In this document: positions 39,332 through 48,908 of the stretch, piece after piece | How positions within the stretch are numbered: the stretch's first letter is position 1 | Layout of the letters: the number at the start of each line of letters is the position of its first letter | Assembly: GCA_963745835.1 (NCBI GenBank) | Contig: CAVUZH010000019.1 | Location: 288,001 to 352,000, forward strand | Reading direction: 5' to 3' | Source of the DNA: an uncultured delta proteobacterium | GTDB lineage: Bacteria > Desulfobacterota > Binatia > UBA9968 | DNA: 64,000 bases | Made by a program: the position numbers and the translations under genes | Notes under the pieces: model-generated | Told to the model about the DNA's origin: nothing | The model's input: only the letters and a program-made list of their open reading frames with translations | The model's database searches: none

Positions 39332-41650
39332 ATGGCTCTGGTCGGTACAGATGTCACGATGGCAGGAGGTTTGGCCAAGGTCACGGGTGCGGTGAACTAT
39401 GCGCCCGACCTCGTGCTGCCGCGCATGCTCTATGCCAAAGCGCTGCGCAGCCCATTCCCCCACGCAAAGCTTTTGCGCGTAGACGCGAACAAGGCGCAAA
39501 AGTATCCCGGCGTTGTGGCTGTCATCACTCACGATGACCTAACCGGTTTAAATCCCTATTTTGGACCGGTGGTCGACGATCAACCCGTAGTCGCTACCGA
39601 TCGCGTGCGCCATGTCGGTGAAGTCGTCGCGCTCATCGCCGCGGAAAGCCGCGAGATTGCCGAAGAGGCGCTGGATTTGATCGAAGTGGACTACCAAGAG
39701 TTGCCGGCGGTGTTCGATCTTCTCGAAGCCGCGAAGCCTGGCGCGCCGGTGCTGCACACGCAGCGCAATGAGACCAACGCCGGCGTGCACCGCGAGGAAT
39801 TCAATTTCGAGTTGGGTGGCAACGTATGCAGCGTGTACCGCGTAGCAGACGGCGACATCCAAAAAGGGTTTCAAGAAGCCGAAGAGATCTTTGAGAATAC
39901 ATACCTGCTGCCGCCTGTGCAGCACGGTCATATAGAGCCCCATGCGGCCACTGCCTACTGGGAGCCGAGCGGCAAGTTGGTGGTCCATTCGGCCTCGCAA
40001 AATCCCTCCGGCGTGCAGGAGCAGCTGGCGCATATTTTTAATTTGCCGGAAAATAAAGTGCGCGTGATCGTTCCCATTCTCGGTGGCGGGTATGGCGGCA
40101 AGACCCATGCGAGGCTGGAGCCCGCTCTGGCGCTACTCGCACGCAAGGCGCGCCGCCCGGTGCAGTGGGTTTTGACCAGGGACGAGGTCTTTCTCACCGG
40201 CAGACGCTACGGCGCGCTGGTGAAAATCAAAACCGGAGTAAAACGCGACGGTGCCATCGTCGCGCGTCAGGTCGAGGTCTTTTATGAAATCGGCGCTTAT
40301 GCGCTCAACGGCCCGGTCAACGCCAAAACCGGCTGTTATGTCTCGAGCGGTCCCTACAATATTCCCAACCGGAGTCTGTCAACGTACTCTGTGTACACGA
40401 ATTTGCCGCCCACCGGACCCTTTCGCGGCGTCGGCGTTTCTCATGTCTGTTGGGCTTACGAATCCGAGATGGACGACATCGCGCGGCGGCTTGGTCTCGA
40501 TCCACTGGCGTTGCGCCTGAAACACCTCGTTAAAGAGGGTGATGTATTCGTCACCGGCGAAAAGCTGGTTTCTGTCGGCATCACCGATTGTTTGGAGCGC
40601 GCCGCTGCAGCGATCGGCTGGAATGGAAAGGAGGAACAGTCATCGCCAGCGGATGGAAACAACCTGGTCCGCGGCAAAGGGCTTGCGGTTACGATCAAAA
40701 GCACGACCACGCCGACGACGTCGTCGGCAAATGTGCGTCTGAACGCCGACGGTTCAGCTATTCTTCTTACCAGCAGCGTCGATATGGGGCAGGGGGCATT
40801 GACTTCGCTGGCGCAAATCGTCGGCGACGAGTTGGGGTTGCCGTTTGAGAACGTCTCCGTGAGCTTGCCCGATACCGACATTACGCCCTACGATAAGTCG
40901 ACGAGCTCAAGCCGCACGACCTTTCATATGGGGCAGGCGGCGCAGAAAGCGGCGCGCGAGATCAGAAATCAGTTGCTCGAAGTCGGGGCGAAGAAACTCG
41001 AGGCGCGAATCGAGGATTTAGAATTACGCGGAGGCGCCGTGTCGGTGCGCGGCGTTCCCGATAAACGCCTGTCGATCACGGACATCTTCAAGGCGCGTTT
41101 TGGATCGTCGGTCGGCAGTATCTTCGGCGGGTATTGTTTTAAGAGCGAAGGGGGTTTGAACCCCAAGACCGGAAAGGGAAAGGCTGCGGCATTCTGGTTC
41201 TTCTCCGCCTGCGGCGTTGAAGTCGAAGTCGATATCGAAACAGGCAAGGTACGTGTCCTCAATATCGTGACGGCGGTGGACGTGGGCAAAGCAGTCCATC
41301 CCAAACAGTGCGGGTTGCAGAACGAAGGGTCGATGTTGTCGGGAATGGGCTCGGCGCTCTTTGAAGAAATGCTCTATGACAACGGCCAGCCGATCAATAG
41401 TAACTTCTTAGAGTACATGCTGCCGTCAATGGAAGATCATCCGCTGGAGTTTCATTCGGTGTTGGTGGAAACGCCCCACCCCGAGGGTCCCTTCGGTGCC
41501 AAGGGAATGGGAGAAGCAGCGTTGCCGTCGGTAGCACCGGCCATCGGCAATGCCATCGCCAATGCGCTGGGCGGCATTCGGATAAGAGACTTACCGATCA
41601 AGCCGGACAAGATTATCGCGATGCTTAATGCAGGCAAGGAGCGAAGCTAA
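39332..41650 (+). CDS. Xanthine dehydrogenase family molybdopterin-binding subunit (not form I/II CO dehydrogenase)
   Basis: KVTG..Y, GGGYGGK, PFRGVG, DMGQG, GAKGMGE. Confidence 0.9.
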   Translation: MALVGTDVTMAGGLAKVTGAVNYAPDLVLPRMLYAKALRSPFPHAKLLRVDANKAQKYPGVVAVITHDDLTGLNPYFGPVVDDQPVVATDRVRHVGEVVALIAAESREIAEEALDLIEVDYQELPAVFDLLEAAKPGAPVLHTQRNETNAGVHREEFNFELGGNVCSVYRVADGDIQKGFQEAEEIFENTYLLPPVQHGHIEPHAATAYWEPSGKLVVHSASQNPSGVQEQLAHIFNLPENKVRVIVPILGGGYGGKTHARLEPALALLARKARRPVQWVLTRDEVFLTGRRYGALVKIKTGVKRDGAIVARQVEVFYEIGAYALNGPVNAKTGCYVSSGPYNIPNRSLSTYSVYTNLPPTGPFRGVGVSHVCWAYESEMDDIARRLGLDPLALRLKHLVKEGDVFVTGEKLVSVGITDCLERAAAAIGWNGKEEQSSPADGNNLVRGKGLAVTIKSTTTPTTSSANVRLNADGSAILLTSSVDMGQGALTSLAQIVGDELGLPFENVSVSLPDTDITPYDKSTSSSRTTFHMGQAAQKAAREIRNQLLEVGAKKLEARIEDLELRGGAVSVRGVPDKRLSITDIFKARFGSSVGSIFGGYCFKSEGGLNPKTGKGKAAAFWFFSACGVEVEVDIETGKVRVLNIVTAVDVGKAVHPKQCGLQNEGSMLSGMGSALFEEMLYDNGQPINSNFLEYMLPSMEDHPLEFHSVLVETPHPEGPFGAKGMGEAALPSVAPAIGNAIANALGGIRIRDLPIKPDKIIAMLNAGKERS

Positions 41651-42112
41651 GTGACGATTACCATCTTGACCACGATCAATGGATCACAGCAAGAGGTCGC
41701 CGTTAGACCGAATCAGACGCTGTTGGAGTTCCTACGCGAGAATCTGTCGCTTCAGGGTTCCGTGGAAGGCTGTGGCGTGGGAGTCTGTGGTTCCTGCACC
41801 GTACTGGTCGATGGCCGGCCGGTGAGCTCCTGTCTCATGCTCGCCAGCAATGCCGAGGGCAAGAAGGTAACTACCATCGAAGGTTTGTCGCACAGCGGCG
41901 AACTCGACCCGGTGCAGAGGGCATTTCTCAAACATCAAGCTTTTCAGTGCGGATACTGCACGCCGGGCATGATCATGGCAGTGAAGGGACTGCTTGCGGA
42001 TAATCCTCATCCCAGCGAAGAACAGGCACGTGATTATCTGTCGGGGAATCTTTGCCGGTGCGGCACCTACAGCGAAGTACTGGCCGCGGTCAAAGAATTG
42101 GCGGAAGAGTGA
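41651..42112 (+). CDS. [2Fe-2S] small subunit (CoxS-like)
   Basis: GCGVGVCGSCTV, QCGYCTPG, GNLCRCGTY. Confidence 0.92.
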   Translation: MTITILTTINGSQQEVAVRPNQTLLEFLRENLSLQGSVEGCGVGVCGSCTVLVDGRPVSSCLMLASNAEGKKVTTIEGLSHSGELDPVQRAFLKHQAFQCGYCTPGMIMAVKGLLADNPHPSEEQARDYLSGNLCRCGTYSEVLAAVKELAEE

Positions 42113-42221
42113 GGGCGCTGGAGTTATGGTGGACTGGAGTAGTGGAGTTTTGTGGGAGGGGCGAATAATCGGATAACCGATAAGTGGCCGCAGCGAATTG
42201 GGGTCGGAAAGGAGTCTTGTC

Positions 42222-43277
42222 ATGCCAAGTCCAGTTCGAATTTATGCCGGTACCCAAGAGGGATTGTTCGTCTGGCGTTCCAAAAATTCTTCCTGGAATC
42301 GTATCGCCGTTTTTTTCGAGACCGGCACCATCGATTCCATAGACGGGCTCCGCAGTCGACCCAACGTCGTCTATCTCGGTGTCACTCAAGACGGTCTCTA
42401 TCGCACCCAAGATGCCGGTAAGAGTTGGTGCCGGGTGTTCGAAGGCAACGTCCGCGCCGTAACCGTCGATCCCACGGATGATCAAGTCATCTATGTGGGT
42501 ATCGAACCGATTCACCTTTACCGCAGCGAGGATGGCGGCGAGAGCTGGGAGGAATTGACGGGCGTTCAGGATCTGCCTTCACAAGTCAAAGCCAAATGGA
42601 GCTATCCGCGGCCGCCGCACAGAGAGCATGTACGCCACATATTCGTCCACCCCGATGATCCTAAAATTCTCCACGTCTGCTTGGAACATGGCGGGATCAT
42701 CCGCAGCTTTGACCGAGGCAAGACCTGGCAGGATGTCAGCGGTGGCATTGACTATTTGGATGTCCATCACATCAGTAGTGCGCCCAGCCGCAAAGATCTC
42801 TATTTCGTCGCTACCGCTCGAGGATTTTTTAAAAGTAGCGATCCGGGCCAGGGTTGGCAGCGCGCCGAGACGGGATTCTCGCGCGACTACTTCCACGATT
42901 TTGTTTTTTTGCCCGGCGCCACGCCGGCAATGCTGGTGGCCACGGCAGACAAGTCGCCTGGTTATTGGGATCGCCCGGAGCGCGCTCAGGGCGCGGTTTT
43001 TCGTAGCCGCGATTTTGCCGAGAGTTGGGAGCGTGTCGGGGTGGGAAAGTGGCTGCCGGAAAACATGCAGCAGATGGTCTGGGCATTGGCGCAACATCCG
43101 GAAGATCCGTCTATCGTTTATGCCGGTCTCGGCGCGGTCTCGCGCGGCCGCTCGGCAGACGCCACCCAGAAAGGACATGGGGACATACTGGTGAGCCTGG
43201 ATCAGGGCGACAGCTGGGACCGGTTGCCATTGGATTTGCCGGCCGATCGCGTGCTCTTTGTGGCTTCTGATTCTTGA
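42222..43277 (+). CDS. BNR/Asp-box repeat beta-propeller protein (cytoplasmic)
   Basis: Repeated S/T-x-D-x-G-x-S/T-W boxes (TQDAGKSW, SEDGGESW, SFDRGKTW, SLDQGDSW); no signal peptide. Confidence 0.82.
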   Translation: MPSPVRIYAGTQEGLFVWRSKNSSWNRIAVFFETGTIDSIDGLRSRPNVVYLGVTQDGLYRTQDAGKSWCRVFEGNVRAVTVDPTDDQVIYVGIEPIHLYRSEDGGESWEELTGVQDLPSQVKAKWSYPRPPHREHVRHIFVHPDDPKILHVCLEHGGIIRSFDRGKTWQDVSGGIDYLDVHHISSAPSRKDLYFVATARGFFKSSDPGQGWQRAETGFSRDYFHDFVFLPGATPAMLVATADKSPGYWDRPERAQGAVFRSRDFAESWERVGVGKWLPENMQQMVWALAQHPEDPSIVYAGLGAVSRGRSADATQKGHGDILVSLDQGDSWDRLPLDLPADRVLFVASDS

Positions 43278-43314
43278 TTTTCGAAGCGCTGGCCAAAGCG
43301 CAACGGAGGAGATC

Positions 43315-44358
43315 ATGAAATCCTATCGAACAGCGTGCTTTGGCATGACTCGATTATTTTTGCTCGTGGCGTTGTTGATGATATTCGCTGAACCAACCTG
43401 CGCGCAAACTCCAGATCTGATCCAGGACGCCAAGAAAGAAGCCGAGGTCACCGTTTTCGGATCGCTCGAAAATGACGTCGCCGCGGCCATCAACAAGGGA
43501 TTCGAGGCGAAGTATGGCATTAAGACCAACTACTTCCGCGGCTCGTCGACAGTGATCATTGATCGAATCACGACCGAGCACCGCACCGGTAAAATGAGCT
43601 CGGATGTCGTTTACACGACAGCGGAGCCAATGAAGTTCATAAACAAAGAGAAAGGACTCTTGGCTCGTTACGTGTCACCGTCGGCGAAAGAGTATGACAA
43701 GAAATTGATCGACGACTTCTTTGGCCCCAACTATCGCAGCGTGATCATCGGCTTCATCTACAACAAAAACATGATTAAGCCGGAGGATGCGCCAAAATCT
43801 TACGAGGATATCGTCAGCCCAAAGTGGAAAGGGAAGATTGCGATGGGGAATCCGACTCTCCACGACACCACTATCGACTGGCTCTCAAGTCTCCATTTCG
43901 TCTTCGGCTCAACTCAGAAAGCCAATGAGTGGATAAAAAAGCTCGCCGCTTTGGAGCCGCTTATGCTGGATTCAATGGTGCCGGTCGGCGAGCGCATCGC
44001 CTCGGGAGAAGTGCCCTTGGGTGTTGCTTACGTGAAGTATGTTCATCTGTGGAATCGAAAAGGCGCACCGATGGATTACGTGAAAGGACTTCCTGTATAT
44101 CTGGGCGACGGCAATTACATCGGTCTTACCAACAAAGCGCCGCATCCCAATTCGGCAAGGCTTTTCGTCGACTATTTCCTCGGCCAGGAGAGCTCGGAGA
44201 TAATGGCCAATGTGGGTGAGTTCGTCAATCGCCCGGGCATTTATCCGCCCATCGAGGGCGCGGAGCAAGTCGCCGGTAGGTTTGTCCAAGTGGTCTCCAT
44301 GACGGCGGATCAATACTCAAAAAAGAAAGAAGAGTATCGACAGATCTTTCGGCGATAG
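43315..44358 (+). CDS. Extracellular solute-binding protein (Fe3+/thiamine/polyamine cluster)
   Basis: Signal peptide; AKKEAEV, FEAKYGI, PKWKGKI, APHPNSARLFVDY. Confidence 0.85.
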   Translation: MKSYRTACFGMTRLFLLVALLMIFAEPTCAQTPDLIQDAKKEAEVTVFGSLENDVAAAINKGFEAKYGIKTNYFRGSSTVIIDRITTEHRTGKMSSDVVYTTAEPMKFINKEKGLLARYVSPSAKEYDKKLIDDFFGPNYRSVIIGFIYNKNMIKPEDAPKSYEDIVSPKWKGKIAMGNPTLHDTTIDWLSSLHFVFGSTQKANEWIKKLAALEPLMLDSMVPVGERIASGEVPLGVAYVKYVHLWNRKGAPMDYVKGLPVYLGDGNYIGLTNKAPHPNSARLFVDYFLGQESSEIMANVGEFVNRPGIYPPIEGAEQVAGRFVQVVSMTADQYSKKKEEYRQIFRR

Positions 44359-44479
44359 TCAAAACACAATCCGGACTTTCACAGCGCTGCGCCATCACAC
44401 GGCAACACAAACCTGCAAACGCGTTTTTGTCGGAACCATCGCTCAGCTCAGAGCAGTGCCAGTCGAGCGGATCGCCTTG

Positions 44480-44835
44480 GCTTGGTTGCCTTATTGGAAT
44501 TGGTGGGTCGGAAAACATATCGAGCATGTTCTCGAGCCGCGCACCGACTGTAAAGAGAGCGACTGGGGATGAGAACCCTACGAATTGCCCGGCACTGTCC
44601 ATGAACCTGATGACGATATTCTTGAGGGCAGAATCTTGAGCGGCTTTGAACGCGATGAGAACCTGCTCTCGATCATCGATCAGCTCGGCAGCAAACGGTT
44701 CATGTATGCCAGCGACTATCCGCATAGCGACATGGACTGGGGCCGAGTTCAGGCGATCAAAGATCCGAAGCGCGCACCAGCAATGAAAAGGCGGCGCTCC
44801 TCGGCGAAAATGCCCGGCGCTTTATAATCTACTGA
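44480..44835 (+). pseudogene. Amidohydrolase C-terminal remnant
   Basis: AWLPYW, in-frame TGA at 44570, MYASDYPHSD, then frameshift to LLGENARR; no N-terminal half. Confidence 0.7.
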
Positions 44836-44932
44836 TCTGAAATCTGCCATCGGCTGCCGATCATGGGGTGAATGAGTAGTGTGTTTCTGGAATCGGTAAC
44901 CACTTTCAATGTCGAGAAATCGAGCGAACGGC

Positions 44933-45913
44933 TTATTTCTTGTAGAGCTCTTTGAGCTGCCCGCTCTTTTCCACCCTTTCGAGAAAACTCATGTCAACAA
45001 ACTGTTCGGGCTTGGCGGTTTTCGCCGCCGGTACCGAACGCGCCAGATCGTCCAGAGCGTTTTGCAGACCTGTCATGTTGACGTAAGGCGCCGGCTCGAC
45101 CACTTTGCCGACGTAAAAGTCGTAGGTTTTCCCGAGTAACACCGGGTCCGTGACGGTGGTGTACTTAGCCAGCGTTTTGATAGCAAACTCACGAGCGGTT
45201 CTCACGCGGTGTACTCCTCTCACATAAGCGCGCATGAAGCGGTCAATGGAATCGGGTTTGTTGCGGATCAACGCCCCTGGCACTGCCATAGCTGGATTCG
45301 GATAGGCGTAGTCCATATCCGTGACGCTTACCAGTTCTTTAAAACCTAAACTCTCGGAAAGAAACTGTGTCGGCGGCGAAACCAAGGCCGCCTCGATAGC
45401 GCCTGACTTCAAAGCCCCGAAGATCGAGGTCATGGAACCCAGCTGAAGAAGGATTACGTCCTTTTGCGGGTCGAGGTTGTGTTTTCGCAACGCGTAGCGG
45501 GCAGAAACGTCGGAGCTCGAACCGAATCGCGTCACACCGATGCGTTTGCCGCGTAGTTCCTGAATACTCTTCACTTCAGGCTTGGTATGAATCGAAAAGA
45601 TCATCTTGTTCACATTGTTACCGATGATCTTCATATCGGCGCCGCCGATTGCGGCCGCCATGATCGGCCCACCACCCAACGAGGCGATGTCCACGTCGCC
45701 GGCAACTATCACCTGAGAAAGCTGCGTCGCGCTGGGAATGAAGATAATCTGATCATCTAAATTTTCCTTGGCGAAGAAACCGGCTTCACGAGCGGCCCAG
45801 ATGCCGATGTAGGCGCCGCTGATTGAGCTATAGGCGATGCGCATTCTGTCGGCGGCAAATACCGTAGACGTATGGAAGAGGATAACTAGAAGAGCGCTGA
45901 CGAGCTGTTTCAT
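44933..45913 (-). CDS. ABC transporter substrate-binding protein (SsuA/NMT1-like)
   Basis: AAGGAG RBS, signal peptide; ELRGKRIGVTRFGSSS. Confidence 0.88.
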   Translation of the reverse strand: MKQLVSALLVILFHTSTVFAADRMRIAYSSISGAYIGIWAAREAGFFAKENLDDQIIFIPSATQLSQVIVAGDVDIASLGGGPIMAAAIGGADMKIIGNNVNKMIFSIHTKPEVKSIQELRGKRIGVTRFGSSSDVSARYALRKHNLDPQKDVILLQLGSMTSIFGALKSGAIEAALVSPPTQFLSESLGFKELVSVTDMDYAYPNPAMAVPGALIRNKPDSIDRFMRAYVRGVHRVRTAREFAIKTLAKYTTVTDPVLLGKTYDFYVGKVVEPAPYVNMTGLQNALDDLARSVPAAKTAKPEQFVDMSFLERVEKSGQLKELYKK

Positions 45914-46128
45914 GCTGAGCTCCTTTTTTGCCGGTATCAACGGGTCTACACTCACCAGTTTACGGACATTTGGCTCTTGCGATCATACAACGATCAGTGA
46001 ACATTTCGATAGTCTATAGAGCGCGCTTGCAGCGCTATCGATTCCGCCCTTGATACTTGGTCTCGACGGTCGAGAAGGTTCATGATATTGAGCTGCCATT
46101 CTCATCGAAACAGCGCGAGGCTCCGAAC

Positions 46129-47112
46129 GTGAAGATCCAATTCAATATCGCAGTGGCATTGGTGATCGCAACGGCAATTCCTGCAAATTTGGCCGCGCAA
46201 ATGAAGACGCGGATTGCCTGGACTTCGTTTGCCAGCAACATGGCCGGCACCTGGGTAGCGCAGGAAGAGGGACTTTTTAAAAAGAACGGAGTCGAAGCGG
46301 AGCTGGTGCATATTCCTTCGACGTCGCGGGCAATTCAGACAATGCTCGCCGGCGAGATTGCGTTTACTTACATGGATGGCCGTAATTCGGTGCAGGCGGG
46401 ATTGAAGGGAATCGACGTCGTCATTCTTGCCGGCGTCGCTAATCGGTTGGTGTTTTCTTTTATGTCGCGCCCGGAGATTAAAAACTTTGCCGAGCTCAGA
46501 GGGAAAAAGATTGGTATCACACGCTTGGGATCCTCGACACATAGCGTAACCCTCTGGACAATGTCAAAAATGGGCCTCAGGCCGGAAGAGTATCAGTTAC
46601 TTCAGCTAGTCGATGTGCCCAATATTCTGACCGCGATCATGGCTGGTCAGATCGAGGCCGGCGCTTTATCACCACCAACGAATTTTCGCGCGCGTAAAGC
46701 CGGGCTCAACGAACTGATTGATCTTACCAAGGAGGGGCCCGAATACGTCTCCGTCGCGATCGGTTCCACCCGTACTTTCGTAAAGGCGAATGAGGACCTA
46801 ACGCGGCGTCTAATCCGGGGTTATAGCGAAGGAGTCCAATTGCTCAAAGCCAACAAGGCGGTCGGAATAAGAGCGATTCAAAAGTATGCGCGGATCAAAG
46901 ATCCGGATATTTTGGAAGCGACTTATGGCGAAGCGCGGAGCTACATCGAGACAGTTCCCTATGCGACGAAAAAAGGCCTCGAAACTATCATCAGTGAATT
47001 GGCCTCGACGGAAGCAAAGGGAAAACAAGCGAAGCCTGATGATTTTCTAGACACGCGGTTCGTGAGTCAGTTGGAGAAGGAAGGCTTCTACAAGCCAGCG
47101 TCTGCAAGGTAG
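46129..47112 (+). CDS. ABC transporter substrate-binding protein (SsuA/NMT1-like)
   Basis: GTG start, signal peptide; GLFKKNGVE, ELRGKKIGITRLGSST. Confidence 0.88.
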   Translation: MKIQFNIAVALVIATAIPANLAAQMKTRIAWTSFASNMAGTWVAQEEGLFKKNGVEAELVHIPSTSRAIQTMLAGEIAFTYMDGRNSVQAGLKGIDVVILAGVANRLVFSFMSRPEIKNFAELRGKKIGITRLGSSTHSVTLWTMSKMGLRPEEYQLLQLVDVPNILTAIMAGQIEAGALSPPTNFRARKAGLNELIDLTKEGPEYVSVAIGSTRTFVKANEDLTRRLIRGYSEGVQLLKANKAVGIRAIQKYARIKDPDILEATYGEARSYIETVPYATKKGLETIISELASTEAKGKQAKPDDFLDTRFVSQLEKEGFYKPASAR

Positions 47113-47253
47113 CGGCATCTCGCAAGCTCTATCGCACCGGAGACTCAGAGGAGGCATCCACGTCAACCATTACCGTCGAGCAACCGTCGAGATCTGGGAC
47201 GTCATGTTCTTATAAGCGTTCATTGTTTCGTCGATTTGAAAGGATCAAGTTTT

Positions 47254-48081
47254 ATGCCGAACGTGAAACTGCCGAGCGGTGTTGATCTTTACTACGAAGC
47301 GCACGGTCAAGGCGAGCCGTTGGTTTTGGTGCCATCAACGGCTTATTCCAGCGATGTTTGGAAGCCGTCACAAATGTCGCTGGCGCATTCTTTGAATTTG
47401 ATTCTCTTTGATCCACGCGGTTGCGGTCGATCCATTGCGACGCAAGAGGTTTTTACAATCGAGCAAATGGCCGTGGACATAGTGGCCTTAATGGATCATC
47501 TGGAAATTCCCAGCGCGCACCTTTTGGGTCACTCCATGGGCGGCAGGATCGCCTTATCAATGACAGAGAACTTTCCGGGTCGGGTGAAAAGTCTGATCAT
47601 GGCTGCGAGCGGTTCAGGTCCGGCAGCGCGGCCGGGTGCTGATTGCATTCCCGGTCTGCCGCATCGGCTGGTTCTCGAAATGGTTGAACTGGGTTTCGAA
47701 AGGTTTATTTACAATGAAATCTGTGAATCAGACACGTTCTTTACCGAAGACTACCGCAGGCACAACCGCGACAAAGTCGAAGAGTTCTACAGATTGGCAT
47801 GGGCAACTCATGCGAAGCTACCGGAGTTTATTCACCTCTGTATGGCGCGCCACAATTTCGAGGGCACGCATCGTTTGGGTGACGTGAAGGCGCCGACATT
47901 AGTGCTGATTGGCGATGCTGATAGGAGTGGCAGTAATCACGTGGCGCAATCCCAGGTACTTGCGGATCGTATTCCCGGTGCGGTGATGAAAATCTTACAC
48001 GGCCAGTCGCACGGCTTTTTCTGGCAAGCGCCGGAAGAAACCAATGTGGCCATCCTGGACTGGGTTAAACGGCATAGTTAG
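47254..48081 (+). CDS. Alpha/beta hydrolase (3-oxoadipate enol-lactonase-like)
   Basis: FDPRGCGRS, GHSMGG, PTLVLIGDAD, SHGFF. Confidence 0.88.
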   Translation: MPNVKLPSGVDLYYEAHGQGEPLVLVPSTAYSSDVWKPSQMSLAHSLNLILFDPRGCGRSIATQEVFTIEQMAVDIVALMDHLEIPSAHLLGHSMGGRIALSMTENFPGRVKSLIMAASGSGPAARPGADCIPGLPHRLVLEMVELGFERFIYNEICESDTFFTEDYRRHNRDKVEEFYRLAWATHAKLPEFIHLCMARHNFEGTHRLGDVKAPTLVLIGDADRSGSNHVAQSQVLADRIPGAVMKILHGQSHGFFWQAPEETNVAILDWVKRHS

Positions 48082-48165
48082 TGTTAGGCCGACAATGCTC
48101 TTTTGACTAGCCTGCCCACGGCATTGTCAACGTAAATTGCGAGGCGATCTTGAAGGAGACCCGCG

Positions 48166-48762
48166 ATGGCAAAGTTAGTTGACCCTTGGGATCATCATGA
48201 CTGGAGTTCTCAACAATACGTTAATCAATGGGCAGAGGGTCAAGATAAACGGGAGGTAGAACGGGAGGAGGTCTTTCGCTTGATCGCGAGAACTCTGTCT
48301 GACGATTCGCAGGCGGCTCTCACAATATTGGATTTGGGCGCGGGCTACGGCGCATTAACCCAATTCTTGCTCAAGCATTTTCCCAACTCCACAGCGCTCT
48401 GCCAAGACGGATCCGAAGAGATGGCAAAGCTCGGTCGCAAGCGCATGAAACATCTTACGGGACGCTTCGACTATGTCCTTTGTGATTTCAGCAAGCCCGG
48501 TTGGCGTCAAAAGATAAAAGGGACTTTCGATGCGGTCGTATCGGCCATAGCCATCCATAATGTGCGATCACCGGAGATCATCAAATCGATCTACGCGGAA
48601 ACGTTTTTGTTGGTCAAAACCGGTGGTCTCTTTCTGAATTTCGATCGAATGGCTTCTTCAAAAGAAGACCAACTCGCGTGGCTACGAGACGCAGGCTTCA
48701 GGGATGTGCAATCTTTCTGGGACGGCGGCAGACGAGCGCTGGTCGGTGGGTACAGAAGGTGA
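48166..48762 (+). CDS. Class I SAM-dependent methyltransferase
   Basis: ILDLGAGYG, FDAVVS..AIHN. Confidence 0.88.
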   Translation: MAKLVDPWDHHDWSSQQYVNQWAEGQDKREVEREEVFRLIARTLSDDSQAALTILDLGAGYGALTQFLLKHFPNSTALCQDGSEEMAKLGRKRMKHLTGRFDYVLCDFSKPGWRQKIKGTFDAVVSAIAIHNVRSPEIIKSIYAETFLLVKTGGLFLNFDRMASSKEDQLAWLRDAGFRDVQSFWDGGRRALVGGYRR

Positions 48763-48908
48763 GTTGCCCGCAAGCTAAACTTTCAACCTCCTTTGCGCCA
48801 TAAATAGTTTTGTTCAAGAGTTCAAAAGTTCAACGTCATCCTTCTGAGTCGGACAATGGAATCGCGCCAAACGCGTAGAAACTTCGAGCTACTAGATATT
48901 AATGTCGA

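Noticed and set aside
39332-41650. Aerobic CO dehydrogenase coxL
   Set aside because: Active-site loop is PFRGVG, gene order is M-L-S, and there are no coxDEFG accessory genes
44570-44572. Selenocysteine TGA
   Set aside because: Lies in a truncated, frameshifted remnant at a non-catalytic position
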